Position numbers and translations under genes: made by a program. From assembly GCF_009914755.1 (NCBI RefSeq), contig NC_060934.1: DNA of 64,000 nt; one strand, written 5' to 3'. The notes beneath the pieces were generated by a model that saw nothing but the letters and a program-made list of their open reading frames with translations, made no database searches and was not told the origin of the DNA. Below are positions 48,095 to 63,920 of the stretch, piece by piece. Numbering within the stretch: position 1 is the first letter of the stretch; every line of letters begins with the position of its first letter. Source of the stretch: the human T2T-CHM13v2.0 reference genome, Homo sapiens.

Positions 48095-51000
48095 TGAAAA
48101 ATTCTTTTCTAGCTTTAGTTTGCTGAAAGTATCTACCATCAGCTGATCTTAAAAGTGAAAAAGGCAAGCCACGGTCTAGAAGAAAATGTTTGTAATACAT
48201 TCATCTGACAAAGGACTAATACCGAGAGATAAAAAGCATTCCTAAAAATCAAAAGAAAAGATCGCTCAACCAATTAAAAATGGGCAAAAAGCAAAGCAAA
48301 ACTGAAAAACAGAACTAGGTAATTCACAAAAGGGAATTACCAAAACATATCCAAATGGGATATGTTTTACCTTAGTAGATGAACACAGCAGCTTCATTCA
48401 TAATGGCCAAAAACTGGACATGAGCTGCCTGCCCATTAGTGGTAGAAAGGATGAATAAATTGTGGTTGTCGTACAATAGATGAGTAGTTCTCATCCAGTG
48501 CCCTCAGGATTCCTCTGGATTTTTCTCATAGATTATATATGCTCCATTCTGCTGAAATGATGAAGCTGATATTGGATGAATAAGGGAAACAAAAGGCCTC
48601 TAGGTTGTGTGTGTCACATAGAACCAGTAACTAAACACGGGAGCTATGACTGCCATGTGGTCTATCAAGTGGGGCCCAAGCAGGAAGGCACCATGGCTAA
48701 GTCATGAAACAAGCCTTTTGAAAAAAAAGATTTAATGCCCCGTATTCACTTGATTTATGGAATTATGAAGGATTCAGGTTAAGCAATGTTAACTTCCTCT
48801 GGATTCTAAAGGTAGTGCTGGTTGCTTCTTAAAATAAAACCAAACAAGCTATGTGGTGCCCACCCCTCACCCACATTCCTGTTAGCTTTATGAGACCAAC
48901 TATGGCAAGAAATTCTCAGTGAAAAATGTAGATGCAATGGGGCTTCTGGAATGGCCTCTAAGAATAAATAATAATAAAACAGATTAAATTCCTATTAATA
49001 ACTGTTTCAGATAACACTCTGCTAGAAATTGCCCTTGTGTCTATTTGCTTTACAGGGTGCAAGGGTTGACGGGAGGGTAGAAATAAAGAATCTTGGGCAT
49101 GTTACTGAGATTCGAGCTTGTTTCTGGTGTCAGGATATGGAGGGAACTCACACAGGTTCTGGGGCTCCTTGTTTAGTCCCCCTCCCCCGGGGCCTCAGAA
49201 TGCCCAAGGAGGAGGTGCGGATACATCTAAGTCTTATCTTGCTGAGTAGAAATTCCAGGAGGCCTTTGTAGAAAAAAGCATGTGCTCTCAATAGAATCTG
49301 ACCGCCTAGTCCTTAAGAGCTGGAAAGAAGGACCAGAGGAAACTGAAGCCCAGAGAGGGGGTCCCGGGAGTGTCTTGCCTGAAGCCACACAGCTGGGTGC
49401 TGGCTGGATCTCGGCTAGATGCCATGATTCCTTGTAATCTAGATCAGGGATCTTTCTCATAACTACCTGTTGCTTCAAATTCTCTACTGGCTCGCTTTGA
49501 TGTGGGGAATGCTAACCCTGCTGCCAGCTGTAAGACTTGTTCCCGATCCTGGGTGATTTTCAGGTTTGGAGATGCCAATGCAAAATGAAGGGCTTGAGTG
49601 TGAAGCTCCTGGAAATCCAGCCACCACCTGCTAGCGGTGCCTCCGATGTGCCAGGCACCATACGTGGCTCCCAGGCATCTGCGGCAGCATGCATTATTTT
49701 ATTTGTTCTTCACCCAAATACTGTGATGTAAGTCTTCCTACTCCCGTTGTCAGGGGAAGCAGTGAAGTGACGTGTTCAGGATGGGTCAGCCAAAAAGTGG
49801 CAGATCTGGGATTAAAATTAGGCGTGTGACTACAGAGTTGTTTTTTTTCCCCACTTACCCTATGAATAAGAATCTTAAGAAGAAACTGAGTCCCCAACAT
49901 TTCTCGGAATCTTGGGAAACTCCATAAGGGTTAGGCTAGACAGGGACATTTGTCTGCTTGGTAGAAACAGAGCTGTCCCACTGGGAACCTAATGTCCTGT
50001 GGCTTCCACATCCTGGGTTCCGGGGCTGTGTGGAGGAAGATGCAAGTGGCCAGCCACCAGGCTAAGGGGGCCTGGCTGCTTCTCCTTCCCCTGGTCCCAG
50101 GAACTGTGGCCTCACCCAGCAGCCCAGCTGTAGTGGGCAATGGGGCAAGATCACCACCCAGGCCAGCATTGGTGCAAACTGCGATGGCTGACCCCTAAGG
50201 CCAGGTGGGTGCAGGATGGACGTCCATAATTACCAGGGCCCCATATTTGGGGGTTCCTGTTGGCAGCCCCCTGAGGTAATGCTTAGAAGACTCTCTTGGT
50301 GCCTCAAGGCCAGTGTAGGGCATTGGAGGTGGAGGCTCGGCCTTTGGAGTGGACAGCCTGGCCCTCTGCAAGGCTGTCTCTGTTTTCCTCAGGAAGGGGC
50401 TCTGCCCACCACACGGCATCCTCCCACCCGGCCCTCCCCTCCGCCCCCTCCACCTTATATAATGGCACATTATACAACATCGCAAAGCAGGTGGTATTTT
50501 TAAAGACAGCAAGTGAGCATTTTTTTTGGCCTAAATTTGGGAATGAAACAGATGGATTTTTAAGACTCTAGGCTTTTCCTATGAATAGTAACCGTTGTTC
50601 TCCTCTGCTTTTAAACACCAGTTTCAAGACCACCTCCAGCAACCAATCAGCACTCTGTTATTTAATTATAACAAAATTCTTAGCCCTGTCTGCTGCTGCT
50701 CGGACAAGTGGGGGGCACTGGATCAATTTCTGGAGCCAGACAGACTTGCCAACAACAATTTTCCTTTTCCCAAGGGGCCTCGGAGGCCTGGAGTGGGTCC
50801 CAGGTTCCTCCTCTCCAGCCTGCTCAATGTGGGCTCCCTGACAGCGAGTTTGAAAGGGTTATAGAGAGGCAGATAAAGGCCGCGCTTGTTGCAGCCTTCC
50901 CTGACAGGGCCGACCCCCACGCCAGTGAGCTCATGCCTGCCTCATTATGGCTGGTGCCAGATTTTTTCCATTAACAGGTAATTGAGTAGAAACTAAAATA

Positions 51001-52584
51001 AGCGAAGTTTGTTTCATCCCTTGGATTTTCTTGCTGGGATTTGAAAGAAAAACACTTTAGCATCGTTAGTGGAGGAGTGTCCTTGAAAACGTATTTATGT
51101 TTTCCAAGTGATTTGTCGCTTGGTAGGTGTAATTAGCCTGTCCCCGGCCTCTCCCTTCTTGTTTTTATTCTTTAAGGGCCACAGTGTTCAGCGAATAGGA
51201 GCTGGTTTCCTGGGCCCTTCGCTGTCAGACACCCTGTTTTAAGAGTGGATAGGTTAGGTATGCTCGCCGTAGATAACTAGCTTTTCTCTGCTCGCTCTTT
51301 CGCTCAAGTGCACACGCACCTGGAGAATCAGCAGGGGCCTGTGGGTCCCGCAGCCTCAGGTGCTACCTTTGAGGCCCTGCTCGCCTCTCCTGGATGGTGC
51401 CTGCCTCCCTCCACCTTTGCACCAGGTAGATGGCTGAGGGGCAGAGGGGCTTTCTCTCACTGTATCTCTCTGCAGCTATCTTCCTGTGTGCCCAGTCCCA
51501 GGTTTTAATTTCACAGCTTCTTCTTCCAGGAGCAGATGCTGAGGACTGACGGCGCCTGTCTCAGCTCTGGCTTGTGTTCCATTTCATGGAGATTCCCCGT
51601 CACTGCCCAGCCTCAAATTCCCCATGAAGTCCGGAGCTTCAGATGAATTTGTGAGAAAGAGGGAGAGAAGGAGGGAGATGGGGCAGGCGTGGGGGCATGG
51701 TCTCCACACTTGGGAGTTTTCATTTCACCTGGAGCACCCGAGCATCTTGTTTCCATCGTGAACCCCACTGAGATTCTGGTAAGTGCTCATGACTGTCACC
51801 CCAAAGAAAATGTAGATTCTTGGACACAAACAGCATGCCGCATATGTTTTCCGTCATTTCATGAGCTCCAGGGTAAGAATTACTGCACTAGCCATGCAGG
51901 GCAAATGAATCAATGTCATTAAAGCAAGTTGTTTCCCCCCCGACCCCCCACCCTCAGAATGCTCCACTCTTTCACACACCTGATAGAGAGGTCTTTCTAA
52001 GGGAAAGAAGCCTCCAGAAATTTGCGACTTTCTGGTGAACAAAAACTTAGTTCATCTGACTGCATTCATTTAGTATGAAACCCATGATAATTATTGTTAC
52101 TGAATATTCATATGTCCCTGCTTTGTGCCCCACAGGGTGCCTTTACAACGAGGATAAGATCCTTGCTGGCCTAAAGAGAACATTCCAGTAGTGGGGCTTA
52201 CGGACAGACAATAAGGATCACACAAAAGGGCCTAGATTTCAGTAAATGCCTCAGGGAGGTAAACACCTGAGCAGTAACCTCCAGGGGTCAAGGAAGGCCT
52301 CTCAAGGAGATGCTATCTTACCTGAGGCCTGAAACATGAGTTTTCTCTCTCTGCTCAAAGTTAGGGTCCTGAAGCCATCCCCCTTAGACCCTCACATCAC
52401 AGTGCTCAGGCCTTTAAACACGTCTCATTGGATCCTCATGGCCTCCAAAGCTTTGGTAGAGACCCCATTTCACAGATGTGGATACTGAGGCCTGGAGCCA
52501 CCTGTCTGAGGCATGGGAGTAAGGAACCAGAACTGGAGCTGGGCCTCTCAGATCCCCAAGCCTCTGTTCTTCCTTTTTTAAAAA

Positions 52585-53045
52585 AATAGCTCTACGGAAG
52601 TATAATTTAGATACCAGAAAACTCATTTGTTTGAAGCGTACAATTCAATGACTTTTAGGAAATTTACAGAGTTGTGCAACCATCACCACAATTCAAGTTT
52701 AGAACATTTTCATCACCCCAAAACCTCCGTTTTGCTCAGCTGTAGTCACTCCCTGTTCCCACGCCCAGCCCCAGGCAGCTGCTAATCTACTTCCCTCCTC
52801 TGCGGATTTGGCTTTTTGCACATTGCATGTACATGGAATCATACGACACATGGTCTTTTGTGTCTGGCTTCTTTTACTCAGCACAGTGTCTCAAACATTT
52901 TTTCATTATCATCCACTCCTCCCCCAAGGAGAAAAATTAAATGTAATTTAAATTCTCCTTAAAGACAGAAATTAAATACCAAGAAACATGAGTTTGTCCG
53001 GTAGGCTTGAGCTTTGGAGGGCTACAAACCACTGTAGTATCTAAG

Positions 53046-53085
<40 letters not shown>

Positions 53086-53310
53086 TATATATATATATAT
53101 ATTTTTATATATATAAATATATTTTGGTCTCTAAGAACCAATTTTGTCCCCCTTAGGGGAAAAAACCATCTCCCTTGAGAATATTTTTGAGGTTCATTCA
53201 CTTGTAGTGTGTATCATCAGTAGTGCTGTCCTTTTGGTGGTTGTAGAGTGTTTCATTGTGTGGATCTGCTGTGTTTTGTTTATGCATTCACCAGCTAACG
53301 GACCTTACTT
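52585..53310 (-). mobile_element. L1M 3'-end fragment, interrupted (incl. (TA)n 53050-53115)
   Basis: gtacaattcaatgacttttag...gttgtgcaaccatcaccacaat...tttagaacattttcatcacccca. Confidence 0.75.
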
Positions 53311-54462
53311 TGGCTATTAAACACCTGGCCCTTTAAACACCATGCTGAAGCATGCAGCCCACTCCCCATTTTAGGAAGAGCTCTTGGGCACCTCAGCACC
53401 ACTCCTGGGGAATGGGATCATCCTCAGTGCAGTGTCCTCATCTGTAAATGGGAGGTGATCATCCCTAGGCTGCAGGGCTGCAGGGACGATGATCTGAAAT
53501 AGTATCTGCTTGGTGTCGCTTAGTAGATGACCACAGCTCAGTTCAAGTTCAAGGCCTTCTGTACCTCCTGCCCCTTTCCATGGGAAAAGGTGCCCCCTTT
53601 GAAATTTGCCCCACTCAGCTTCCATCCATGTCTCCATGGATTATGTAGTGTCTGACTTTATTATTTTCCCCTTTTTTTCTGGTGTTATTCAGATCAATCC
53701 CAACATGGCTTCTTAACAGGAATCTCAAATATTTCTCTCCTTTGGTGCTTGTCTTCTGGTCTTCGTGATTGGCACATTTCCAGGGACCAGTTGATTTTAT
53801 CTGCTGCTAAAACACGGGACCTCTTGTGGGGTAGGGGTGCATGTTGATGCTGCAGTCAAAAGAGCACTGGACAGAGTCCAGAGACTGTGCTTCAGACCCA
53901 GCAGGGCTGAGTGGCCTGGGCCGAACCCCAGAGGTATTTTGAATTAACTTCTCCTTTCTGTAAAAGGCATCCTCTTTACATACTCTGGCCTCACAAAATT
54001 ATAAACAGCAAATGAGAAGTCAGCTTGGGAAGTGCCTTAACCTGGCAAGGCCCACGGGTAAAGAAAGAAGCTGCTGGAGTCCCATCGGGGGGTCCTGCCC
54101 AGTGATGCTTTCCTGTCTGCTACGGGGGACCGGGGGTGTTGGTGGGGTGTGCTTATGGCGCCCCTGCGCAGCTCCCTGGCCTGCCACAGTGCCCAGGGCT
54201 TTGGCTCCTGCTGCTTCCCTGTAAGATGTGAAATAACTCAAAGCAGATATTGAGCCCAGTGTGTCAGGGCAGGAGAGAAACTTCAGAGCTGGCCAGAGGG
54301 AGCCTTGCCCTGAAGGGAGTGTCCTCCTGGGAGGGCCTGGGGATGCCCAGTCGGGGGAGGGGCAGCAGGCAGTTCCCTTGCACACTGTAGTTTTCATCCC
54401 ACTCCAGCCTCCCCCTCCTCACCCCCCTGCCATTTTTCTATTTCTTTATTTCTTTTCTTTAA

Positions 54463-54727
54463 TTTTTTTTTTTTTTTTTTTGATACAAGAGTCTCACTCT
54501 GTCACCCAGGCTGGAGTCCAGTGGCACAATTTCGGCTCACTGCAACCTCCATAACCTGGGTTCAAGCAATTCTCCTAACCCAGCCCCCCGAGTAGCTGGG
54601 ACTACAGGCACGCACCATCACATCTGGCTAATTTTTGTATTTTTAGTAGAGACAGGGTTTCACCATGTTGGCCAGGCTGGTCTCGAACTCCTGACCTCAA
54701 GTGATCCACCTGCTTTGGTCTCCCAAA
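54463..54727 (-). mobile_element. Alu, 5'-truncated
   Basis: gagtctcactctgtcacccaggctgg...gtgatccacctgctttggtctcccaaa. Confidence 0.92.
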
Positions 54728-56036
54728 CCATTTTTGTATTTCCATTGATCAGACCTGCATGGTAGGGAACCAGCTGGATTTGTGATCTGAGCATAGGGGT
54801 TAGGAGAGGGAACTCTGGATTCAGACTGCCTGAGTTTGAATTTCAGATGAGTAGCTTTTTGGCTGAGCAGCTTGGACCAAGTTAAGGAACTTCTCAAAGT
54901 CTTGGTGTTCTCTGCTGTAAGAGGGGACAAAGGCACCACCTACTTCTAGGAGGCTCAGATGAGGCCACAGTGCTTAGGCCCGAGGTTAACACTTCAGCCT
55001 GATGAGCTATTATTACTATTTCTGTTGCCTTGAGTTCTCTGGGGCAGGAGAGAAGAGGACCCTGATCAAGAGCAGCCTTCTGGGAGGGAGGAGGCAGTTG
55101 CCTGCATGATGTGTTTTGGAAAACCACCAGACTCAAATTTGCAGATCACTCCCCTGGCCTGAGATCCCCTGCAAGATTCATTCAGTGTGGCCCTGAAGGC
55201 CTTTCAGCCTCTCTGCACCCCTGTTCAAAGGCAGTTGTCCCATGGGAGGATAGCTGCAGCCTTTTCAGCCTTCACAGCTGAGTCCCAGAGACAGGGGCCC
55301 TAAGAGAATACAGGTGGGTGCAAAGGGAGATAGGGTCCCCACATCCAGGACCTCATCCCTCCTGGCCCCAATCCCTGAGCCCAGCATGGCCTTCAGGATC
55401 AACTATTTGGCCCTGAATTATTCTCATTAAAGGCAGATATTGGAGCAGATTGTTCATCAAGGGTCTTGGAGTTGAAAATGATATTTTTTCCTAATAAGAT
55501 ATTTTTGTTTAGAGAAAGAGAGGAAAAAATAGGTTGAATGAATGAACACAGTCACACATGCATGAATATCGGGTCAAGCAGCTCAGAGTCTGTCTAAGCT
55601 TCGTACTTGCATATAGTTTGTCTTCAGAGCAACATGCCATTCCATTTCTTCTTCCTTTGTCACCATGGTGACTTGTTGCAGAGGGAAAGTGGCTTGGTCC
55701 AGTGACCGAGGAGCTGGCCCAGACCACCCTCCAACTAGTGTACCAGTAAGTATTTAACAACTAGCACTTAGGGGAAAAAGTTCTGATTTGTGGCATTTGC
55801 CAGCTTCTGTGGTGTAAATACTCCACTGTGGCTCTCTGTGTGACATTACAGTACGTGCAGTTGGGAAGAGATGCTCAGAAACACACTATCATCCAGTATC
55901 TCTGCCAGTATAGACACAGTAATCGTATAAAACCTCGGGCATAGAGAATAGTAAAGTTATTACGGAGAGATGAGTTTTGAATATTACTTTTGCTGTATTT
56001 ATTTGTTAAGTTTATATAAGTTAATTTTAATTTTTA

Positions 56037-56325
56037 AATTTTTATTTATTTATTTTTGAGACACAGTTTCATTCTGTTGCCCAGGTTGGAGTACAGTGGC
56101 ACAAACTCCGCCTCCTGGGTTCAAGTGATTCTCCTGCCTCAGCCTCCCAGGTAGCTGGGATTACATGCGCGTGCCACCATGCCCAACTAATTTTTGCATT
56201 ATTAGTAGAGATGGGGTTTCACCATGTTGGCCAGGCTGGTCTCGAACTCCTGACGTCAAGTGATCACCCGCCTCAGCCTCCCAAAGTACTGGGATTATAG
56301 GTGTGAGGCACCACTGCACCCGGCC
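56037..56325 (-). mobile_element. Alu (AluS) inserted in a MER63-like DNA element (~55735-56425)
   Basis: Alu body clear; TSD ataagttaa(t/c)ttt; host assignment tentative. Confidence 0.85.
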
Positions 56326-59134
56326 TCATAAGTTAACTTTTTTAAAGCTGGCTTGCAAAAAAATTACTGAAAAGTTAGCCATCAGCTCTCAAAAGCCAGT
56401 ATGCGCTGGATCTGGCATGCTACTGCCCCCAACTCTTGGGCTTGTGGGAGCCCGTGGAGACTCTGCAGAGGAGCTCTAGAGCCTTCCCTTTGCCGGTCTC
56501 TGGAACGTTCCATTTAGAGGACAGCCCCTCTGCATGTCCCGCCAGGATGACTGCCCTTGTTGACAGTCCTGAGTCTGCAGGATAAATGGAGCTTAGCTCA
56601 CCTACGAACGCAGCCTTTGCCATGAACTGCTTCCTCCAAAAATGTGGCGGCTTGTCCTATCTGAGTCTGGACTTCTTCAGAAAGAAGACTCAAAGATACT
56701 CACTTTTCAGCCTATTCACGACGTGAGGAAATTTTAGCAACCCTCACAAAGGGAGATTCATGTGAAAGGAAAAGTGCTCAGAGGTCCAAAGAAATCAGAC
56801 TGGGAATCCCACTTTTTTTCAGGGATATTGAAGAGAAGTTCCAGGGGCCAACTCTATTCTCCTGACGTCCCGTCAGGAGAGCAGGGCATTGTGGGTAACC
56901 CTCTTGCAGACAAGAAGCAAGGTCAGGGCCCAGGCCCCATGCAGGCTTCGGGCCGGCCTTGCTCCTTGTGCACAGTGCTGGGCCTGGCCATGAGAGATGC
57001 CGGCGGGGAGCCCAGGCTTTCAGGAACCTCTCCCCCTGCCTCACCCATGACTCCCCAGGCTTCTGCCGCCCATTGGAGCATTATCCTGGAAGAAAGCCAC
57101 GCGGGCTGAATGAGCGGCATCTGCTTTCTGAAGGAGCCGCTCTGCTGCCCCGGAGGCTGCCTGGCTCCTGGCCCTGGATCATTGTGGAAGGACAAAGCTG
57201 ACACACACAACAATCCCACGACAATCTCCTCTGGGCCCTTTCTTCTTTATTATTGTTATGATTACCTTTCAAACACTCCAGCTCCTTGGGCTCGTTATCT
57301 CTGGTGAGGCCTTTGGCCAAAGTGTGTGGGGGCCACCTCTCCCTCCTTTGCACCCCCTCACCCTCATGGGCCCGGCTTCACTGCTGTCTCTTTGACAAAA
57401 TACATAAAACTGATACTGATCGGTTAACATACATGACATCTTTAAACTTTAATCCATTTTCCCTCTCTCAACGCGGCGGGCCGGCCTCTGTAGAGGTGTC
57501 TGTCCATTGTTCCCTGTCAAAGCCTTCTTGAGTGGGTTTCCCACTGAGACACTTTTGTGTGAGTCAAATCAAGATGATAGGTAGCGGAGAAGAAAAAGCA
57601 GAGACGAGAAGGTTAGCCCCTCATTTTAGACTTTAAGAAAAATCTGCCAGCAGGTGCCAGTCGGAGTGGGTAACGCACATGAAAGGCCAAGTCCAAGCTG
57701 GGTCGCCTGTGTCACAAGAGGAGTTTTTCAGGGAGAAGCACACAAAACACACATTGTCGTGGTCGCACACAGAGACATAAATTTAGGAACATGCTCACCC
57801 TTCGCCTGAACATAGTTAGCTCTGATAATGAGGAACAATGAGCCGGAATGAAGTCTCCTGGATCGAGTAGCAAGAACATTGACACTTGCTTATGCTCCCA
57901 TAAAAGTGGCTTCCCTCCTCTTCCTCCTGCCATCCCTCCCCCAGGGCCAAATGACCCTCCACCACACACTGCTCTCCTTCCACACCTTTGCTTGGTGGAA
58001 GCATAGAAAGGACACGGAGCCAACAGGAGGCAGAGGACCTCTGTGGCTTTCCTGGCTCTTCCATATTGGAGAAGAATCCATTTTGGCATCTGAAGTCCGT
58101 GTAGGGGAAAGTTCAATATAGGATGCGTGTTGCCTGATGGACAAGGTGTGCAAATATGGATTCTCAAGATGGCAGTGGAAAATTGAGACAGGAGAAGGGG
58201 AGGCAGAAAGGTGAACTAGCCAAACAGAAGGCTCTGGAATCAGGCTGCCTGGCTTCAATCTGGTTCTACTACTTCTGCTACATTTAGCTGTGGGGTCATG
58301 GTGAATTGTTTCATTCCTAAGTGCCTCCCTTTCGTCTTCTGTTAGATGGGCTAGTACCAGCTCACAGACTTGGCAGCAAGATGAAATGTCTATCAACCAC
58401 AAAGCACATAGAAAGTACTCAGTATGTGTTGACTGCTATTGAACCAATTCCCTGAGATAAAAAAGAAAGCAGTTGATAAGACTGTGACGACCTAAAACTG
58501 TAGGTCCTGTGATTCTCATTTAATTTTCTCGTTCATTCTTGAGATGGTGAAATGATACCCTTCTCACAGAGGGAAACCAGGGTCTAGGAAGAGTGAATGA
58601 CGTATCCAAGGTGACACAGCAAATAGTGACAGGTGAAGGAATGTGACCAGGTCCCCCAACTTCAGGGGATCTGGCCCTGCAATTCTCAAGCATGGCAGAG
58701 TCAGTGGCCTGAGTATTAGAGTAAGGATGACTGTATTTTCAGACAACTTAGAAATATTGGTAGCAACAGGGGTTAAAAGAAAAATGATTTGAAAACTTCA
58801 GTTAATTAAAAAAAAAAGAAGCCAATTCCTCAGAACCTACCGTTTTCTACATCCTGGTGAGTCCAGATCTCTCGGTAATTGAGGCTCAGACCAGATGGTC
58901 TCCAGGGCAACCGGTATCGTTGTTCAGCACAGCGGTTAAAAAGCTGGGTCAAGAGTCAATCTTGATTCTGCCGTTGGACAAGTTACATCTCCTTGAACAG
59001 CTGACTTTTTTTAACGATTACAAAAATTAAGGTTTAATATGCATATAGAAATAGTCACCCTTTTTGGTGTACAGTTCTGCAAGTTTTGATGAACATATAT
59101 AATGGCGGAAACATCATCACAATAAAAATATATA

Positions 59135-59380
59135 GGCCAAGTGCAGTGGTTCATGCCGGTAATCCCAACATTTTGGGAGGCCAAGGCAGGAGAATCCCTT
59201 GAGCCCGAGAGTTCGAGACCAGCCTGGGCAACATAGGGAAACCCTATCTCTACATAAAATTAATAAATAAGATAAAATTAGCTGGGCATGGTGATTCCAG
59301 CTACTTGGGAGGCTGCAGTAGGAGGATCACTTGAACCTGGGAGGTGAGCCATGATTTTGCCACAGCACTCCAGCCTGGGA
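59135..59380 (+). mobile_element. Alu (AluJ-like) followed by (CA)n/(TA)n array to ~59587, nested in an L1M fragment (~59030-60160, minus)
   Basis: ggccaagtgcagtggttcatgcc...ggaggatcacttgaacctggga; flanks gtacagttctgcaagttttga and tttcaaagtggctgtacca. Confidence 0.85.
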
Positions 59381-62139
59381 GATATACATATACACAAACA
59401 CACACACACACACACACACACTATATATATACACACACATATACATATTTATACATATACATATATATACATATATACACATACACATGTATATGTGTGT
59501 ATGTGTATATATGTATATATATCTATACACATAAATATGAGTGTGTGTGTGTATGTGTGTATGCATATATACATATATAGAGAGAGAAAACATTCCCCAA
59601 AACCTCCTAAAATTCATTTCTGCCCTACCTCCAGCCCCTGGCAGCCATTGATCTGTTTTCAGACCTTATAGTTTTTCTTCACAAGGGTGTCATATAAATA
59701 GTCTTACAGTATGTGGTCTTTTGATTCTGTTTTCTTTTACTTAGCCTAATGCATTTGAGATTGCCCACATTTTTATGTATCAGTAGTGTGTTCCTTTTTA
59801 TTGTTGAGTAATATTCTGTGGTGTTGAAGAACTAGTTTGTTTACCCATTCCTCAATTGAAGGACATTTGGGTTATTTTCAGTTTGGGGTGATTATGAATA
59901 CAGCTACTGTAAGTATTTACATATGGGCTTCATTCCATTTAGATGAATACCTTGGAGTGGGCTTGATGGATTTTACCATCTGTGTCTGTTTGACTTTCTA
60001 AGAAACTGCCAAATTGTTTTTCAAAGTGGCTGTACCACTGTGTGTTCCCACCAGCAGTGTAAGAGAGTTCCAGTTGCTCTGTATCCTCATCAGCATTTAA
60101 CATTATCCATTTTTAAAATTTTAGCCATTCTAATAGGATGTGAAACTTGGCTTTTAATCTATACAATGGGGACTGTAATTTCGTCTTCATGATATTCTTA
60201 GGCAAGGCAGCTGACATGTCCGTGTAAAGCACCGAGCATGGTGCCTGGTGTGCAAGGAAGGTTTGCCACATGCGAGCTGCATTATTTATTGTTCTGTCTA
60301 AGCCCAACATTCTTGCATGTGATAGATATTGTACATTATCCTTCTCCAAGTCCCCTTTTCTGCATGAAAACATTAGTGTGTATTGGTCCAGAATGCTACA
60401 GAGCTCTGTGAAGAGACCACTTTGTGTGTCTGTTTTAAAATCAGGCTCTGTTTTGTCTCCCTGGCTCTCTGCAAAGAGACGGAGCAATGGCTGCTGGCAT
60501 CGGGCCAGGCCAGTCCCAGAGAGCTCTGAAGCCAGGCTTTGGTGAGCAGGCCGTCCGGGCAAGCCCTCCTGCCACAGCCTGAAGCCTGGGGGTTTTTCTT
60601 GGCCTCCTCCCACCCCTGCTGCTGGGCTTTCTTGCTGGCCTGCCCTGCCAGCACTGAGCTCCCAGCCAGAGGCACAGGGGCACTACACACACGGTTCCCT
60701 ATTAAACACAGATCACCAAAAAAAAAAAAAAGCAAAACAGTGAAATGAATCAATCTCTGGGGGAGTTGGCCTTGGAGGTCTCGTGGAGGGAAACAAACCA
60801 TACAAATGCTCCTTTCAAAGCCCAGCTGAGCTGTTGGCCTCGTCACAGTGGTCACTGCTGGAGGCTGGAGATGGTGACATTTATTCTCCCTTCCTGACAG
60901 CAGCCCCACAGAGCCGCGTTAATGTTCCAGGTAGCTCTGATACTCAGCAGCAGCCCAAGTTTCCAGGACTTTGGGCATTCTGGCAGCAAGCCCAAAGATA
61001 TGACATGACAGGCTTAAATAATCCAGGCAGCGAACCTGAAGAAATATGGGGTGGACCCAAAGACATCAGGAGGCTGGCCCAGGCACGAGGCAGTGGGTCT
61101 AGGTAATGCAAATGGCAGGCTTAAAGAGAACAGGCTGCGGGCCCAAAGATACCAGACAGCGAATGTGCCTAAGGAAGCCAGGCAGTGAGCCTAAAGAAGT
61201 CCAGTGTCAGGAACAAAGAATGCAGGTGACAGGTCCAAAGTAGGGTTACATGGCACTGCTTCTATGGCACTTTTGCACAAATTAGAAAAAGTTGCCCCCT
61301 CTGAGCAAACATAGCTCTGCAAGTGCCCTGTTTTGATGGGCAGAACATTCCTGTAGTAGGACACATCATGTTTAACCCATGAGACAGCCATGGGTCCAAG
61401 GCCCTTACCTTCCCTGTCACTACCCTGGGTTTCTTTCCAAGTAGATTTTCACGGCCATCAGATGCACCTTACCTATGAGTTAAGCTCTGAGCAGGCCCTC
61501 CATGGATCACTGGGATTCTCTTTCAGAGACCATCATTTCATGGTCTCTGGGGGAAGAAGGCCTAACAGGAGGAAAGCTTGAGCTCCATGGGAAGGAGAGG
61601 CTGAGCCTGAAGTTCTAGTAGCACAGGGAGTGCTGTCAGCGAGAGAGCACCATTTCCAGCCTCCTTATTTGTCCCAGGAAGAACTGAGAACCAGGGATGG
61701 AAAAGACCTGGCAAGGACCACACCATCCCTTGCTGCCAGGTTGCTGAGGGAGACTGGGAGGGGCTGTTCGATTGGTCAGGGGGTTGGATGTGGTGCTACC
61801 GAGAACTGCTGATCTGAGGGCCAGCAAGCTACCTTTACCATTCAGGAAGATACAGGTGGATCTGGGAGGTTTTGGAGTAGGCGGCAGGGAAGCAAAACTA
61901 CAAAAGAAAGACAAATTGACAACTTGAACCTCCCTTGCTTTGGCTCCTGGAACCTACGCTTTCTTAGTTTTCCTCCCACTTCTCTTGCTGTTCCTTCTCC
62001 GTCTCTTGGCTGGCTGCCTCCTCCTTTTGTAAACTTCCCAATATTGGAGTGCTGGGAGCTCTGTCCTGAACGATTTCCTCTACCTACACATTCTCTCTCT
62101 CCAGGCAATCTCATCTAGACCCATAGTGGTAAATGTCAC

Positions 62140-62502
62140 CTCTTAGTCAATTTGGGCTGCTATAACAAATTACCATAGCCTGGGGGGCTTAAACAACAAA
62201 TCTTTATTTCTCACAGTTCTGGAGGCTGACAGGTCCAAGATCAAGGTGCTAGCAGATTTGTGTCTGGTGAGGGCCCTCTTCCTGGTTTGCAAATGGTAAT
62301 CTTGTATCCTAACATGGCAGAGAGCAGAGAGAGAAAACAAAAGACTTCTCATGACCTTCATAAGGGCATCAATCTCTCTCATGAGGGCTCCACCCTCATG
62401 ACCATAATTAGGTCCCAAGGTCCTCACCTCCAAATATCACATTGAGGGTTGGAGTTTCAATGTATAAATTTTGGGAGGGAAACAAACATTAAACCCACAG
62501 CA
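62140..62502 (-). mobile_element. MaLR LTR (MLT1A-like) inserted in L2
   Basis: tcttagtcaatttgggctgctataacaaattaccatag...tctcacagttctggaggctg...aaacattaaacccacagca. Confidence 0.85.
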
Positions 62503-62569
62503 TTCTGCCTACACATTTTCTCTCTCCAGGTAATCTAAGTCAGACCCCTAACATTAAATGTTACCTAAG

Positions 62570-63920
<1,351 letters not shown>

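Noticed and set aside
57712-60909. Long minus-strand ORFs (151-178 aa) as a downstream gene
   Set aside because: No recognisable domain, partly overlap MIR/L1, no supporting exon structure or promoter
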